Of a stretch of 30,748 bases of DNA, positions 17,054-26,236 are shown piece by piece (position 1 is the stretch's first letter; each line of letters starts with the position of its first letter). The notes beneath the pieces are model-generated. The model was not told the DNA's origin, searched no databases, and worked only from the letters and a program-made list of their open reading frames with translations. Position numbers and translations under genes: made by a program. Location of the stretch: IMG/VR virus record IMGVR_UViG_3300033067_000622, positions 1 through 30,748 of that record; one strand, given 5' to 3'. The stretch is from a virus. Lineage: Duplodnaviria > Caudoviricetes.

Positions 17054-19236
17054 TGCGCCTTCCTACGCCGCAAGACACGTATGACAGGACCAATGAGCAG
17101 AAGCTGCGGCGCGCCATTGAGACGTCGGTCGCTGACATCGAGCGGCGCGTATCATCGCTCCTGACGACACAAGGAACGCTTGCTGCTGGCGCGCAAGCCA
17201 TCACGCTGGTCAATGGCACCAACAACAACATCTCTGTTGGTTACGCGACTTATGTGCGCATTTCTGGCCCATCGGCAGCGTTTACAATCACAGGCATTGC
17301 GAACCCCGAAAAAGGCCGTGTGCTCATCCTGCGGAACACCACAGGCCAGACGATGACGCTCGCCAACGATAGCGCGTCGTCATCAACAGAAAACAGAATT
17401 TCCACCCAGACCGGCGCCAACATTGTGATGCGTGGCTCTGGCGGGCAAACTGCCATTTTTGTCTATGATAGCACGCAGCTGCGCTGGGTATTGGCCGCCG
17501 ACAATGGCGCCAGCGCCATTGGCTCAGCTGCGACGCGCGCAGCTCTAGCGACCATACCCTCAACGTCTTTCGCGGCGGTGTTCCTCTCAGAAAGCGGGCG
17601 TGAAGGGCTTTTTATCTGGACGAGCACCAACGTCTCTCAGTTTGTCACACGAGATACCCAACAGGGTGTTTACGTCGCGCCATCATCGGACACATCGGGG
17701 GCCTCTGGCGCCTGGGTGCGCCAATACAGCGGTGCGATGGACATCAAATGGTTTGGCGCCGTCGCGGATGGCACAACAGACAACAAAACCGCCATCCAGA
17801 CTGCGATCAATCTCACTTGGTACGGCGGCGGTGGCGAAGTCTACGCGGGTAAAGGCATCTGGGGGCATTCAGGCGCAATTATTGTCTACCAAACCGTGAC
17901 GATGGTTGGCGAGGGAAATGGCTATAATGCGCTCTATTCCAGCACGGAATTTCGCGCTCGTGGCACGGTGTATAAGCTGCTCGCTGGCTCGAATACCACG
18001 TCATTTATTACGCGCTGCCAAGCCTATGGCTCGGAGGTCATTAACCACCCAGACTGGACGCGCCACCAGGGTGGGTTCCGCAACCTCGTCGTTTGGGGAA
18101 ATAAATCCGCAAACTTTGCGACCTCTGCCACAGACCTCAATGGCCCCGGAACGCTTGGCGGCCATGGCATTCATATTCAAGGGTGCAGCAACGTTTCGCT
18201 GACGGATATTCTTGTCGTCCGCTGCGCTGGCAACGGCGTTCATGAGGGTTCGTATGATTACGGCTGGGGCGTCATTTCGTCGAACAATCAAATTTGGTTC
18301 GGCGTCCAATCGCTCGGCAATTTTGGCTCTGGCTTCAATCTGTCAGGCGGCGACCAGGACTTCACACAGCTCGTGGGTGGGTTCAATGGCGCGCATGGAT
18401 TTTCTTTGTCGTCAGGGGGCACGTCGCTTGGCCAGTGCCGCGCCTGGAACAACGCCTTGAATGGCTTCTACTGCGCGCAAAATTGGGTGACGTTTACGGG
18501 CTGTGAATCTTACGACAATGAGCGGGCTGGGTACTACCTGGACACAGGTGATTATGTGACCATGGTGGGCTGCCATGCAAGCCGCAATGGCATCGACAGT
18601 GGAGTCTCGGCGTGGCTGCGGTCTGGGCTCTTCAACGCCAACTGCAAGTTTTTGGCCTTTGCTGGGTGCTCATTCATTGACGATGCGCTTTATCTCCCCG
18701 CTAATCAGCAATATGGCGTCTATAATAACAACGCCGCGAATGAGATCGTTTACGGCGGCGGTTTGATTTTCGATGGGAACGTCATCGCGGCTATCGGCGG
18801 CATTTCAACCGCCGCCAAGCGCATGCCATGCATCCAAACTGTCAATACGACAAACCAGTTCACAGCAAGCACGAGTTACGTGTCGAGCGGGGTGTCAGCG
18901 ACCATTTACCCATCGACAGCAGCGGCCAGCGTCAAGATCACGGTCGATGCTCCTGTGGGCGCTGCGGCAGCGCTGATTGCGAGTCTCACGCTTTATCGTG
19001 GCGCAACTGATCTCACACCCGCTGGGGTAAATGGGTTCCGCGAGGTTTACATCCCGGACACCAACACCATTACGCCCGTGACATTCACGTTTGTGGACGC
19101 ACCCGCGACGACGGGGGCCACGACGTATACTCTTTACTGGAAAACCAGCACCTCGACGGCGCGCCTGGGGCGGCGTGGCGCAGATACGACAATTGACATT
19201 CCCACGATCATCACCCTGGAGGAGGTTTACGCGTGA
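17053..19236 (+). CDS. Tailspike/depolymerase with right-handed beta-helix (pectate-lyase-like)
   Basis: Start ATG 17053 (TAATG overlap, AAGAAGGA SD); IKWFGAVADGTTDNKTAIQTAIN followed by N/G-rich beta-helix repeats (GNGV, GNFGSGF, NNALNGF, DNERAGY). Confidence 0.85.
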   Translation: MRLPTPQDTYDRTNEQKLRRAIETSVADIERRVSSLLTTQGTLAAGAQAITLVNGTNNNISVGYATYVRISGPSAAFTITGIANPEKGRVLILRNTTGQTMTLANDSASSSTENRISTQTGANIVMRGSGGQTAIFVYDSTQLRWVLAADNGASAIGSAATRAALATIPSTSFAAVFLSESGREGLFIWTSTNVSQFVTRDTQQGVYVAPSSDTSGASGAWVRQYSGAMDIKWFGAVADGTTDNKTAIQTAINLTWYGGGGEVYAGKGIWGHSGAIIVYQTVTMVGEGNGYNALYSSTEFRARGTVYKLLAGSNTTSFITRCQAYGSEVINHPDWTRHQGGFRNLVVWGNKSANFATSATDLNGPGTLGGHGIHIQGCSNVSLTDILVVRCAGNGVHEGSYDYGWGVISSNNQIWFGVQSLGNFGSGFNLSGGDQDFTQLVGGFNGAHGFSLSSGGTSLGQCRAWNNALNGFYCAQNWVTFTGCESYDNERAGYYLDTGDYVTMVGCHASRNGIDSGVSAWLRSGLFNANCKFLAFAGCSFIDDALYLPANQQYGVYNNNAANEIVYGGGLIFDGNVIAAIGGISTAAKRMPCIQTVNTTNQFTASTSYVSSGVSATIYPSTAAASVKITVDAPVGAAAALIASLTLYRGATDLTPAGVNGFREVYIPDTNTITPVTFTFVDAPATTGATTYTLYWKTSTSTARLGRRGADTTIDIPTIITLEEVYA

Positions 19237-19610
19237 TTTACGATGGCGTGAAAAATTCAGCGCAGCCCGCCCTTCAGCCAGGACGCAACGCCTCGACGGC
19301 GCCAGCGTTCTCGCCAGCCGTTCAGAATCCGGGCACTCGCCCGGGTACAGGGCCCCTTCCCTGGGGCGGGCTTCCTCAGGGGCTGGTCACTCCTGGGGGA
19401 GCCCCCTTCGCTCAAGGCGCGTTCGCGGCGGGTCAGGGGCCCATTCAGACAGTTCCCTGGGGCATGGGTGGCAACCCTGTGCTCCAGCAAATGATGGCCG
19501 CAAAGGGCGGTTCTCCGCTCTCTACGGGGGCTTTTGGGGCCTTGAATTCCCAGGCTCAGAGTGCATTTTCGTCGCCTATTGGGCGCTTCGGCGGCAACAG
19601 GGGGCGATGA
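19233..19610 (+). CDS. Low-complexity Gly/Pro/Gln/Ala-rich protein
   Basis: GTGA overlap, GGAGGAGG SD; fills the gap between tailspike and GNAT. Confidence 0.65.
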   Translation: MIYDGVKNSAQPALQPGRNASTAPAFSPAVQNPGTRPGTGPLPWGGLPQGLVTPGGAPFAQGAFAAGQGPIQTVPWGMGGNPVLQQMMAAKGGSPLSTGAFGALNSQAQSAFSSPIGRFGGNRGR

Positions 19611-19613
19611 GGC

Positions 19614-20135
19614 ATGGAACAGGAAAAAGCACGGATCGAGACACAGGCCGTGCCAGCCATTGGACTGGCGGAGCCTGAGGACATTGTTGGTCTCCTGGAG
19701 GCGATGCGCAAGGCTCATGCTCTGATCTCAGCAGACATGCCATTCCCGGAGCCAGACGTGCCCTACTGCATGCAGGCCATGCTCGATCAGATTGCCCTTG
19801 GCCATGTCTTTGTGGCACGCGCACCTGGGAGCAGGCGAGTTGTGGGGGTAATCGCGCTCGCCATCCATCGCTGGCCATGGACGGCGCCGAACAATGCCGC
19901 TGGTCACTACATGATCAACGAGCACTTTTATGTCGATCCCATATACCGTCGCGGCGGGACGGCGCGCCGCCTCCTGGGCGAAGCCTCGGCCTTGGCAGAC
20001 CGGCTCGGCCTCCCGCTCATGATCGACATGGCATCGGGCGGCATCGACGCCTCACTCAAAGACAGGTTTGTCAAGACTCAGGGATTCATGTATGTGGGGG
20101 GCAAGCATTATCGCGCGCCCCGCATAGCGCACTAA
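19614..20135 (+). CDS. GNAT-family acyltransferase
   Basis: VVGVIAL...NEHFYVDPIYRRGGTARRLL (acyl-CoA-binding motif A)...FVKTQGF. Confidence 0.9.
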   Translation: MEQEKARIETQAVPAIGLAEPEDIVGLLEAMRKAHALISADMPFPEPDVPYCMQAMLDQIALGHVFVARAPGSRRVVGVIALAIHRWPWTAPNNAAGHYMINEHFYVDPIYRRGGTARRLLGEASALADRLGLPLMIDMASGGIDASLKDRFVKTQGFMYVGGKHYRAPRIAH

Positions 20136-20218
20136 CGGCGCCTCGCGCCCTCTTCCTCCTCTTTTCTCCTCGCATCCAGTACAGGCCGCCTATTGCGGCG
20201 AGGACAGAGGATTGAGTG

Positions 20219-21481
20219 ATGGGCGGCGGCAAAACAACCACGACACAAAAGAGCACGGTTGAAATCCCGCAGGAAATCCGTGATCGCGGCACCAAGATCA
20301 CGAACGCGGCTATGGGCAACTATTTTGACCCAAGCCAGAAGCACGAGACGTTTAATTACGGCCAATATCAAGGCGTTGGCAAGGATACGACTGGCCAGCT
20401 GAATAACTTCCACACGCAGGCTGGCAACCAGTATCAGAACGCCACGTCGAGCTACCAGCCCTACATCAACCGGGCGAATTCTGCGATTACGAACGCCGCC
20501 AATGGCAACCAAGCGCAGAACGTCAATGGCCCGAACTTCACGCAGGCGAACGTCCAGCGGTTCATGAATCCCTACCAGAACTTGGTCATCAACCAGGGTC
20601 TGTCCGACATCTCGCGCAGCCTCAACACCCAGCGTTTGCAGAATCAGACCTCTGCGGCGCGCGCTGGAGCGTTTGGTGGTGCGCGTCATGGTGTGATCGA
20701 CGCTGAGAGCCAGCGCACGGCAGCGGACACGGCACAGAGGTTCGTTGGAGAGCAGCTGAACACGGGCTATGGCCAGGCGGTCAATCAGTACAACACAGAC
20801 TATGGCCAAGGACTCCAGGCCGCCACGCTGAACAACGCGGCCAGGGGGCAGAACTTCACGCAGGGCGCGACCTACAGCCAAATCCTCGCCAATCTCGGCC
20901 AGCAGCAACAGAACCAGCAACTGAACGCGGGCGACAAGCTGCTTGGGTTCGGCAATGTCATGACGGCCCAGGAGCAAGCGCAGAAGGACAACGCCTACAA
21001 CAAAGGGTATCTCGACAAGCGCGGATACCCAATGGACATTTATGAGCGTCTGGCCGCGATCAACGCAATGCAGCCGGTCAATCGCACCTCCACGACTGTT
21101 GGCACGGAGCGCACCAGTGGCGGGTGGCTCGGCCCGGCTCTTGGTGCGGGCGCCAGCATTCTCTCGGCGGCGGCGTCAGACGAGCGCGCCAAGGAAAACG
21201 TCGAAGACGTGGACCCGGAAGACGTCTTGGGCGCATTCTCGCGCATTCCGCCGAAGAGCTACACGTACAAGCAGGAGGTGCTCGACGCCCTGCCTGAGCT
21301 TACACGCCCTGGCAGGCGCACTGGCTTCATGGCACAGGACCTTGAGCGGGCCTTTGGCAAGCCGTCTGGCCCCACGATCAAAGGCGTCAAAACCGTCGAT
21401 ATCGCAGAGGTGATGGGCAATCTCGTCACTGCCGTGCATGGACTTGAAAAGCGCACGCGCGGCCTGAAAGCGAGGACGTGA
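20219..21481 (+). CDS. Internal virion (ejection) protein with C-terminal peptidase S74 auto-cleaving chaperone
   Basis: MGGGKTTTTQ start, FMNPYQNLV and AGAFGGARHGV motifs, Gln/Asn-rich body; SDERAKENVE...YTYK...GFMAQDLE S74 signature. Confidence 0.88.
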   Translation: MGGGKTTTTQKSTVEIPQEIRDRGTKITNAAMGNYFDPSQKHETFNYGQYQGVGKDTTGQLNNFHTQAGNQYQNATSSYQPYINRANSAITNAANGNQAQNVNGPNFTQANVQRFMNPYQNLVINQGLSDISRSLNTQRLQNQTSAARAGAFGGARHGVIDAESQRTAADTAQRFVGEQLNTGYGQAVNQYNTDYGQGLQAATLNNAARGQNFTQGATYSQILANLGQQQQNQQLNAGDKLLGFGNVMTAQEQAQKDNAYNKGYLDKRGYPMDIYERLAAINAMQPVNRTSTTVGTERTSGGWLGPALGAGASILSAAASDERAKENVEDVDPEDVLGAFSRIPPKSYTYKQEVLDALPELTRPGRRTGFMAQDLERAFGKPSGPTIKGVKTVDIAEVMGNLVTAVHGLEKRTRGLKART

Positions 21482-22281
21482 TGGACAACGCCCTCCTTGA
21501 TATCATCAAAAAGTTCGAAGGCTACAACCCAAAGGCCTACCCGGATTACAAGCAGCATTCGATTGGATATGGAACGCGCGCAACAAGTCCCAACGAGGTG
21601 ATTGACCGCGCTGAGGCAGAGCGGCGGTTGCAGGCTGAGGTTGGGGCCGCCCGCAATTCTGTTATCCAGTTTGCTCCACATGCCCCTCCTGGCACCCAGG
21701 ACGCCCTCACGTCACTCACGTACAATGCTGGCTCAAAGTGGCAGGGTGCTGGCCTTGGCAACGCTGTGAAGTCTGGGAATTGGGACGACGCCAAGAGGCG
21801 GTTCATCCAATACAACCGCGCAGGCGGAGAGGTTAACCCAGGCCTTGTGCGGCGCAGACAGGAAGAATTGAAACTTTTTGGTGCTCCAGCTGGCGCCTAT
21901 GCGCAGGATTCGCAGCAAACCCCCAGCAATGTCCCACCCGTGCTGCAATCTGGATTTGGCCGCGAAAGCGGTCCTGGCGCTATGCCTGCCGCTCAACCTC
22001 CAGAAGCCCCTGGACTGCTTGCTCAAGTGCAGGCGGCAGCGGCCAAGCCGCTGTTCAAGACGCCAGACTTCATGGGCGGAAAGGACATCACAGGCAAAGG
22101 CATCATGAGCGGGGTTAGCTCCATGGTGACAGCCATGGGCAAAGACGACGAGCAAACCAAGGCCCGCCTGAGACAGAGCGCGCTGCGCGCCAATGCAGAT
22201 GCTTTGAGCCAGAGCGAACAAGAGCAAGCGCAAGCTCTTCAATCCATTCTCGCGCGCCACAAGCGCGGCGCATTCGCGTAA
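21481..22281 (+). CDS. Internal virion protein with N-terminal GH24 lysozyme domain
   Basis: IKKFEGYNPKAYPD...SIGYGT, DALTSLTYNAG, YNRAGG..NPGLVRRRQEE..LF; disordered and helical C-terminus. Confidence 0.9.
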   Translation: MDNALLDIIKKFEGYNPKAYPDYKQHSIGYGTRATSPNEVIDRAEAERRLQAEVGAARNSVIQFAPHAPPGTQDALTSLTYNAGSKWQGAGLGNAVKSGNWDDAKRRFIQYNRAGGEVNPGLVRRRQEELKLFGAPAGAYAQDSQQTPSNVPPVLQSGFGRESGPGAMPAAQPPEAPGLLAQVQAAAAKPLFKTPDFMGGKDITGKGIMSGVSSMVTAMGKDDEQTKARLRQSALRANADALSQSEQEQAQALQSILARHKRGAFA

Positions 22282-22296
22282 CGGAGGACGACGGAA

Positions 22297-23949
22297 ATGG
22301 CCAATTGGTATGACTTCCTCGTCCCAAATGCCGTTGGAGACGCACGCAAAGACATCGAGCCGTCGATCTCGCAGTATCGCGGAACGAATGGGCGTCTTGA
22401 CCCCAATGCAGTAATGCCGCTTGTCCCAGACGATGAGAAGCCTGGGGCTGAATTGGCTCTCAAGATCGGTGAAATGCGCCGCAGCGCGCTCGATAATTAC
22501 TCCAAGCCAGCGCCATTGACATGGAATCAGCAGCTGGCTGGCGCCATCCAGGAAATCTCTGTGCCGGTTGCCTACGCGCAGGGAAACCGCTCGTATGCTG
22601 AATATATGATGCCTAATACCATCCTCAAGAAACATCAGGCGCGCACCACGGCTTGGGAGGATGAGAGCCGAAAAACAGCGCTCGGCATCAATGACGAGAC
22701 CCTGAGCGGGATTGGAAACTCTGCCCTCGAATACCATAAGAGTGTGCGCGCGCGCCGTCAGGCGGCCAAAGAAATGGTGGCCAAAAGCATCGCGGCGGCC
22801 AGCGCGCGCGGCCCAGAGGCTGTGGCGCAAGCGACAAAAATGGCAGCGCAGTATCTGCGCACGATGGGCCTCACACAGGATGCGGACGCCTTGGACCGGC
22901 GCGTGTCTCCGTCGCCAGTCTCAGGCGGGCCGACATCTTCGCCTCCTGGAGGCGCGGTTTCGACCCCTGTTCCAGGCGTTTCTGTCACGCAGCCACAGCA
23001 GAGCGCTGGACCTATGCCGCAGGCACAACAGCCTCAGCAAGGACCAGGAGGCATTCTGTCAGAGATGACACCTCCTGGCGTTGCGCCCTCTCCAAAGCGG
23101 CAGATGGCGGAATTGATCATGCCCTACAATGAAGACGCAGCCAAAGCGCTCCTCAAGGAGGCTGAGCTTGAGGAGGCGCCTGGGCTTGAGGGCGCGAAAG
23201 AATTCGCGAAACAGCAGGCCTCGGAAAGCGTCAAGCTCCAGGTTGATCGCCCGAATGCTGAAAAGGCTCTGACCACGACCATCGATACGCTGGGCGGCGT
23301 CGAGGAGACCATCGACAGCCTTCTTGAAAAGAATGCAGAGAGCGGCCTTCCAACGCTGACATCTGGCGCTGCATCTAATGTGGGCGGTCTCTACGACAGC
23401 TATTTCCCAAATCGTCCAGGCTCTGACGCTTCGAACGCCTGGGCGCAGATGCAGAAGCTCAAGAACAACATCGGCGTTATGGTGCTCACAGCCATGCGCG
23501 AAGCGTCCAAGACAGGCGGTGCTGTTGGCAACGTCACAGAGAAAGAATGGCCAATTCTTCAAAGCCAGATTGCAGCGCTCGACCACACCATGTCAGATGA
23601 GCAATTTGCAGACAGCCTCCAGAAGATCAAGGACCGCATTGCATCAATGCGCCTGAGCGCGGCCCAGGCGTTCGACCGCACATATGGAGCGAGCGAAGCG
23701 CAGCGTTTTTCAACGCCCGGCGCGAGCGAGCGCGTCAGCACTGAAGCCGCAGCCCCGCAAGCGCCTGGAGCAGATATGTCTGCCGTCAAGGCGGCGCGCG
23801 CTGTCCCAGAAGGCGAGCCAATTCCAGACGACATCGCATCTAAGCTTCCAGGGTACGTCCCTGGGACCACGTACATGCGTAATGGATCGAAAGTTGTTCC
23901 GTACCGTAAGCCAGTCTTTTCGCGCGGGGGCATAACATATGCCCGTTGA
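22297..23949 (+). CDS. Internal virion (ejection) protein
   Basis: Helical protein with Pro/Gln linker and GGAVGNVTEKEWPIL motif; GGAGGA SD; lies in the ejection cluster. Confidence 0.8.
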   Translation: MANWYDFLVPNAVGDARKDIEPSISQYRGTNGRLDPNAVMPLVPDDEKPGAELALKIGEMRRSALDNYSKPAPLTWNQQLAGAIQEISVPVAYAQGNRSYAEYMMPNTILKKHQARTTAWEDESRKTALGINDETLSGIGNSALEYHKSVRARRQAAKEMVAKSIAAASARGPEAVAQATKMAAQYLRTMGLTQDADALDRRVSPSPVSGGPTSSPPGGAVSTPVPGVSVTQPQQSAGPMPQAQQPQQGPGGILSEMTPPGVAPSPKRQMAELIMPYNEDAAKALLKEAELEEAPGLEGAKEFAKQQASESVKLQVDRPNAEKALTTTIDTLGGVEETIDSLLEKNAESGLPTLTSGAASNVGGLYDSYFPNRPGSDASNAWAQMQKLKNNIGVMVLTAMREASKTGGAVGNVTEKEWPILQSQIAALDHTMSDEQFADSLQKIKDRIASMRLSAAQAFDRTYGASEAQRFSTPGASERVSTEAAAPQAPGADMSAVKAARAVPEGEPIPDDIASKLPGYVPGTTYMRNGSKVVPYRKPVFSRGGITYAR

Positions 23950-26236
23950 TATCGACCTTGACGAGCTTGAGCAGGGCGCAACGCTCGCCAGCGACGGGAG
24001 CATCGATCTGGATGCCTTGGAGGGCGTGCAGCAAGACAAAGGCTCGCGCCTTGGGCAAATGGTGCTGAACGGATTGACGTTTGGTCTGCGCCCTCGCATT
24101 CAGGCCGCCATCGAGAGTGGCGCTGTGTCTGGGTCTGAGTACGAAACGGCAAAGAAAACACAGTGGAAGCGCGACGACGCCTATGCGCGCAAAAACCCCA
24201 TTCTGTCTTTTGTTGCTGAGGCGGTTGGCGCTGCCCCGACGATGCTCATTCCTGGCCTTGGGGCTGGGCGTATTGCGCAAGCCGCCACGAGGACTGGACA
24301 GGCCACGCAAGGGCTCTCACGGTCTGCGCGTGTGATGCGCGCTCTTGGTGTTGGTCGCGAAATTGGCACAGTCGGGCAAGAGGCGGGCGCGCTTGGGCTC
24401 AAGACGGCGGCTGTCACAGGCGGCCTGTCAAGTCGCGAGGGTTCGGCATCTGGACGACTGGAAGACGCGGCACTGATGGCGCCACTTGGGTATGCGGGTG
24501 GGCGGGCTATCAGTGCGCTTGGAACACGCCTTGCTGGCGGCGCAGAGCAGCTGACAGATATGTCCCGCACGGGCGGCAACGCAGAGCTTGGGGCCCTGAC
24601 AGCGCTCAGGCGCGGCATCGAGCGCGATGGCTTGACGACGGGGCAGCTGCGTCAGGCCGTGCTTCCCAACATGGGGCGCTCAAACATCACGGACCAGGGC
24701 CGCGAGACAATTCTGCGCGCCTATAGCCAAGCCATCAATAATGGAAGCACAGAGGCCCAGGCCCGCGCTGCGGCCCGTCAGGCTTACGCTCAAGTATCAG
24801 CCGTGGCACCCGCAACAGCCGATGCTCATGTGGGGCGCGCGCTCGCGACATACCAGCGTCAGAATGAAGTGCCGCTGGCCATCGACGAGGTGGCGCGCCT
24901 TGCGGGCGGTTCTGGACAAAATCTGCAATGGACGCGACGCGCAGCCCAGGCCTCTCCAAATGCCGGACGCGAGCAGATCGCAAATACTGTTTTCAATCGC
25001 CAGGATGATATCCTGCCGACTGTGCGCAACCGCGTGAATGAGACCCTTGGTGATCCTGGGTTTGACGAGTATTTGAGCGCGTTGAGACAGCGCAACCGTC
25101 AGGCAGAGAACCAGCTGTATGGCACGGCACGCTCCAATGAGCAGCCGTTCAACCTGGATCGTGTTTTTGACGAGGTGCAGGCCACATATGCGTTCCGTGG
25201 CGGCAAAGCGCGCGATGCAATGACGGAGGCGTCACGCATCATGCGCGGTGATCCCCTTCCCGATGGCACGTATCAGCGCCACACACTCGACACCTACATT
25301 CAATCGCGCGGCCAGCTGAACGACCTGATTGAGGAGACATTTAAAGTCAATCCTGCGAATGGCTCCAAGTCGTCAACATCGGCCACCCGCGCTCTTATGG
25401 ACCTCAAGTCTAAAATGGACCATGAAGTGCGCAGCGCCAATCCGAATTGGGGTGTCGCCAACGATGTCGCGCGCGGCGGGCGCTCTGCCGAGACGGCCAT
25501 GACAGAAGCCGGGCGCATGAAACTCTCGACAGGAGATGGGCACACACGGCGCATTCTCACGCGCGTCGAGGGCATTCGCAATCGTCTGCGCGAGTTGGAA
25601 GCCGTGCAGCGCCGGATGCCATCCACAGAAGTTGCCGCCAATATCGAGTTGCTCCAGACGCAGCTGGAGGCCTACCAAGCCGGGTTCGCGCGCGTGCTCC
25701 ACACGGAGCTTTCCAAACTTGGCGACACGCATGATGTTTCAAAGCTGTTCTTGAAGGGCGGGCGCGGCACGCAAGACGGCGTGAGGCGCATTGTCGATGT
25801 CATGTTTGGCGATGAGGCCCCGGCGTTCATGGACCTCATCAATCGGGCACGCATTGCGACGACGACACACCGCCAGCACTTCAATTCACAAACAACGCCA
25901 CTGCGCGAAGCTATCGACGAAATGAAGACGGACAATAACGTCGCGGGCGCCGTGCGCGGCCTTGGGTACTTGTTCAACCCGCGTCAGGCGGCGCTCGATC
26001 TGAGCGAGGCTGTTTCCAATCGCCTGAATGCGGATCGCAACACGGCGCTACTGCGCCGGTATTCGACCATGACGGACAACCCTGATCAGTTCATGACCAT
26101 CCTCGATGAATTGGATCGCTACGCCTTGCAGCGGCACGGCGCTTTCACCAATCCGCGCCTCAACGTGTACTCGGCCCCAGGCATTTCTGGCGGTGCGTTT
26201 ACAGGGGCTGGCATTCAAGAGCACAGGAGGCCGTAA
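23939..26236 (+). CDS. Large internal virion (ejection) protein
   Basis: NGLTFGL motif, Gly/Ala-rich amphipathic N-terminal part, Arg/Ala-rich helical body; last gene before lysis. Confidence 0.8.
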   Translation: MPVDIDLDELEQGATLASDGSIDLDALEGVQQDKGSRLGQMVLNGLTFGLRPRIQAAIESGAVSGSEYETAKKTQWKRDDAYARKNPILSFVAEAVGAAPTMLIPGLGAGRIAQAATRTGQATQGLSRSARVMRALGVGREIGTVGQEAGALGLKTAAVTGGLSSREGSASGRLEDAALMAPLGYAGGRAISALGTRLAGGAEQLTDMSRTGGNAELGALTALRRGIERDGLTTGQLRQAVLPNMGRSNITDQGRETILRAYSQAINNGSTEAQARAAARQAYAQVSAVAPATADAHVGRALATYQRQNEVPLAIDEVARLAGGSGQNLQWTRRAAQASPNAGREQIANTVFNRQDDILPTVRNRVNETLGDPGFDEYLSALRQRNRQAENQLYGTARSNEQPFNLDRVFDEVQATYAFRGGKARDAMTEASRIMRGDPLPDGTYQRHTLDTYIQSRGQLNDLIEETFKVNPANGSKSSTSATRALMDLKSKMDHEVRSANPNWGVANDVARGGRSAETAMTEAGRMKLSTGDGHTRRILTRVEGIRNRLRELEAVQRRMPSTEVAANIELLQTQLEAYQAGFARVLHTELSKLGDTHDVSKLFLKGGRGTQDGVRRIVDVMFGDEAPAFMDLINRARIATTTHRQHFNSQTTPLREAIDEMKTDNNVAGAVRGLGYLFNPRQAALDLSEAVSNRLNADRNTALLRRYSTMTDNPDQFMTILDELDRYALQRHGAFTNPRLNVYSAPGISGGAFTGAGIQEHRRP

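Noticed and set aside
9281-19236. Diversity-generating retroelement acting on fibres or spikes
   Set aside because: No reverse transcriptase in the window, and I found no template/variable repeat pair differing at adenines. A self-alignment would be needed to exclude it fully.
2446-22830. Long antisense ORFs (e.g. 2446-3240, 3778-4515, 8469-9395, 10731-11675, 20132-20977, 21733-22830)
   Set aside because: They shadow well-supported plus-strand genes, show no recognisable motifs, and are expected from codon bias in GC-rich DNA.
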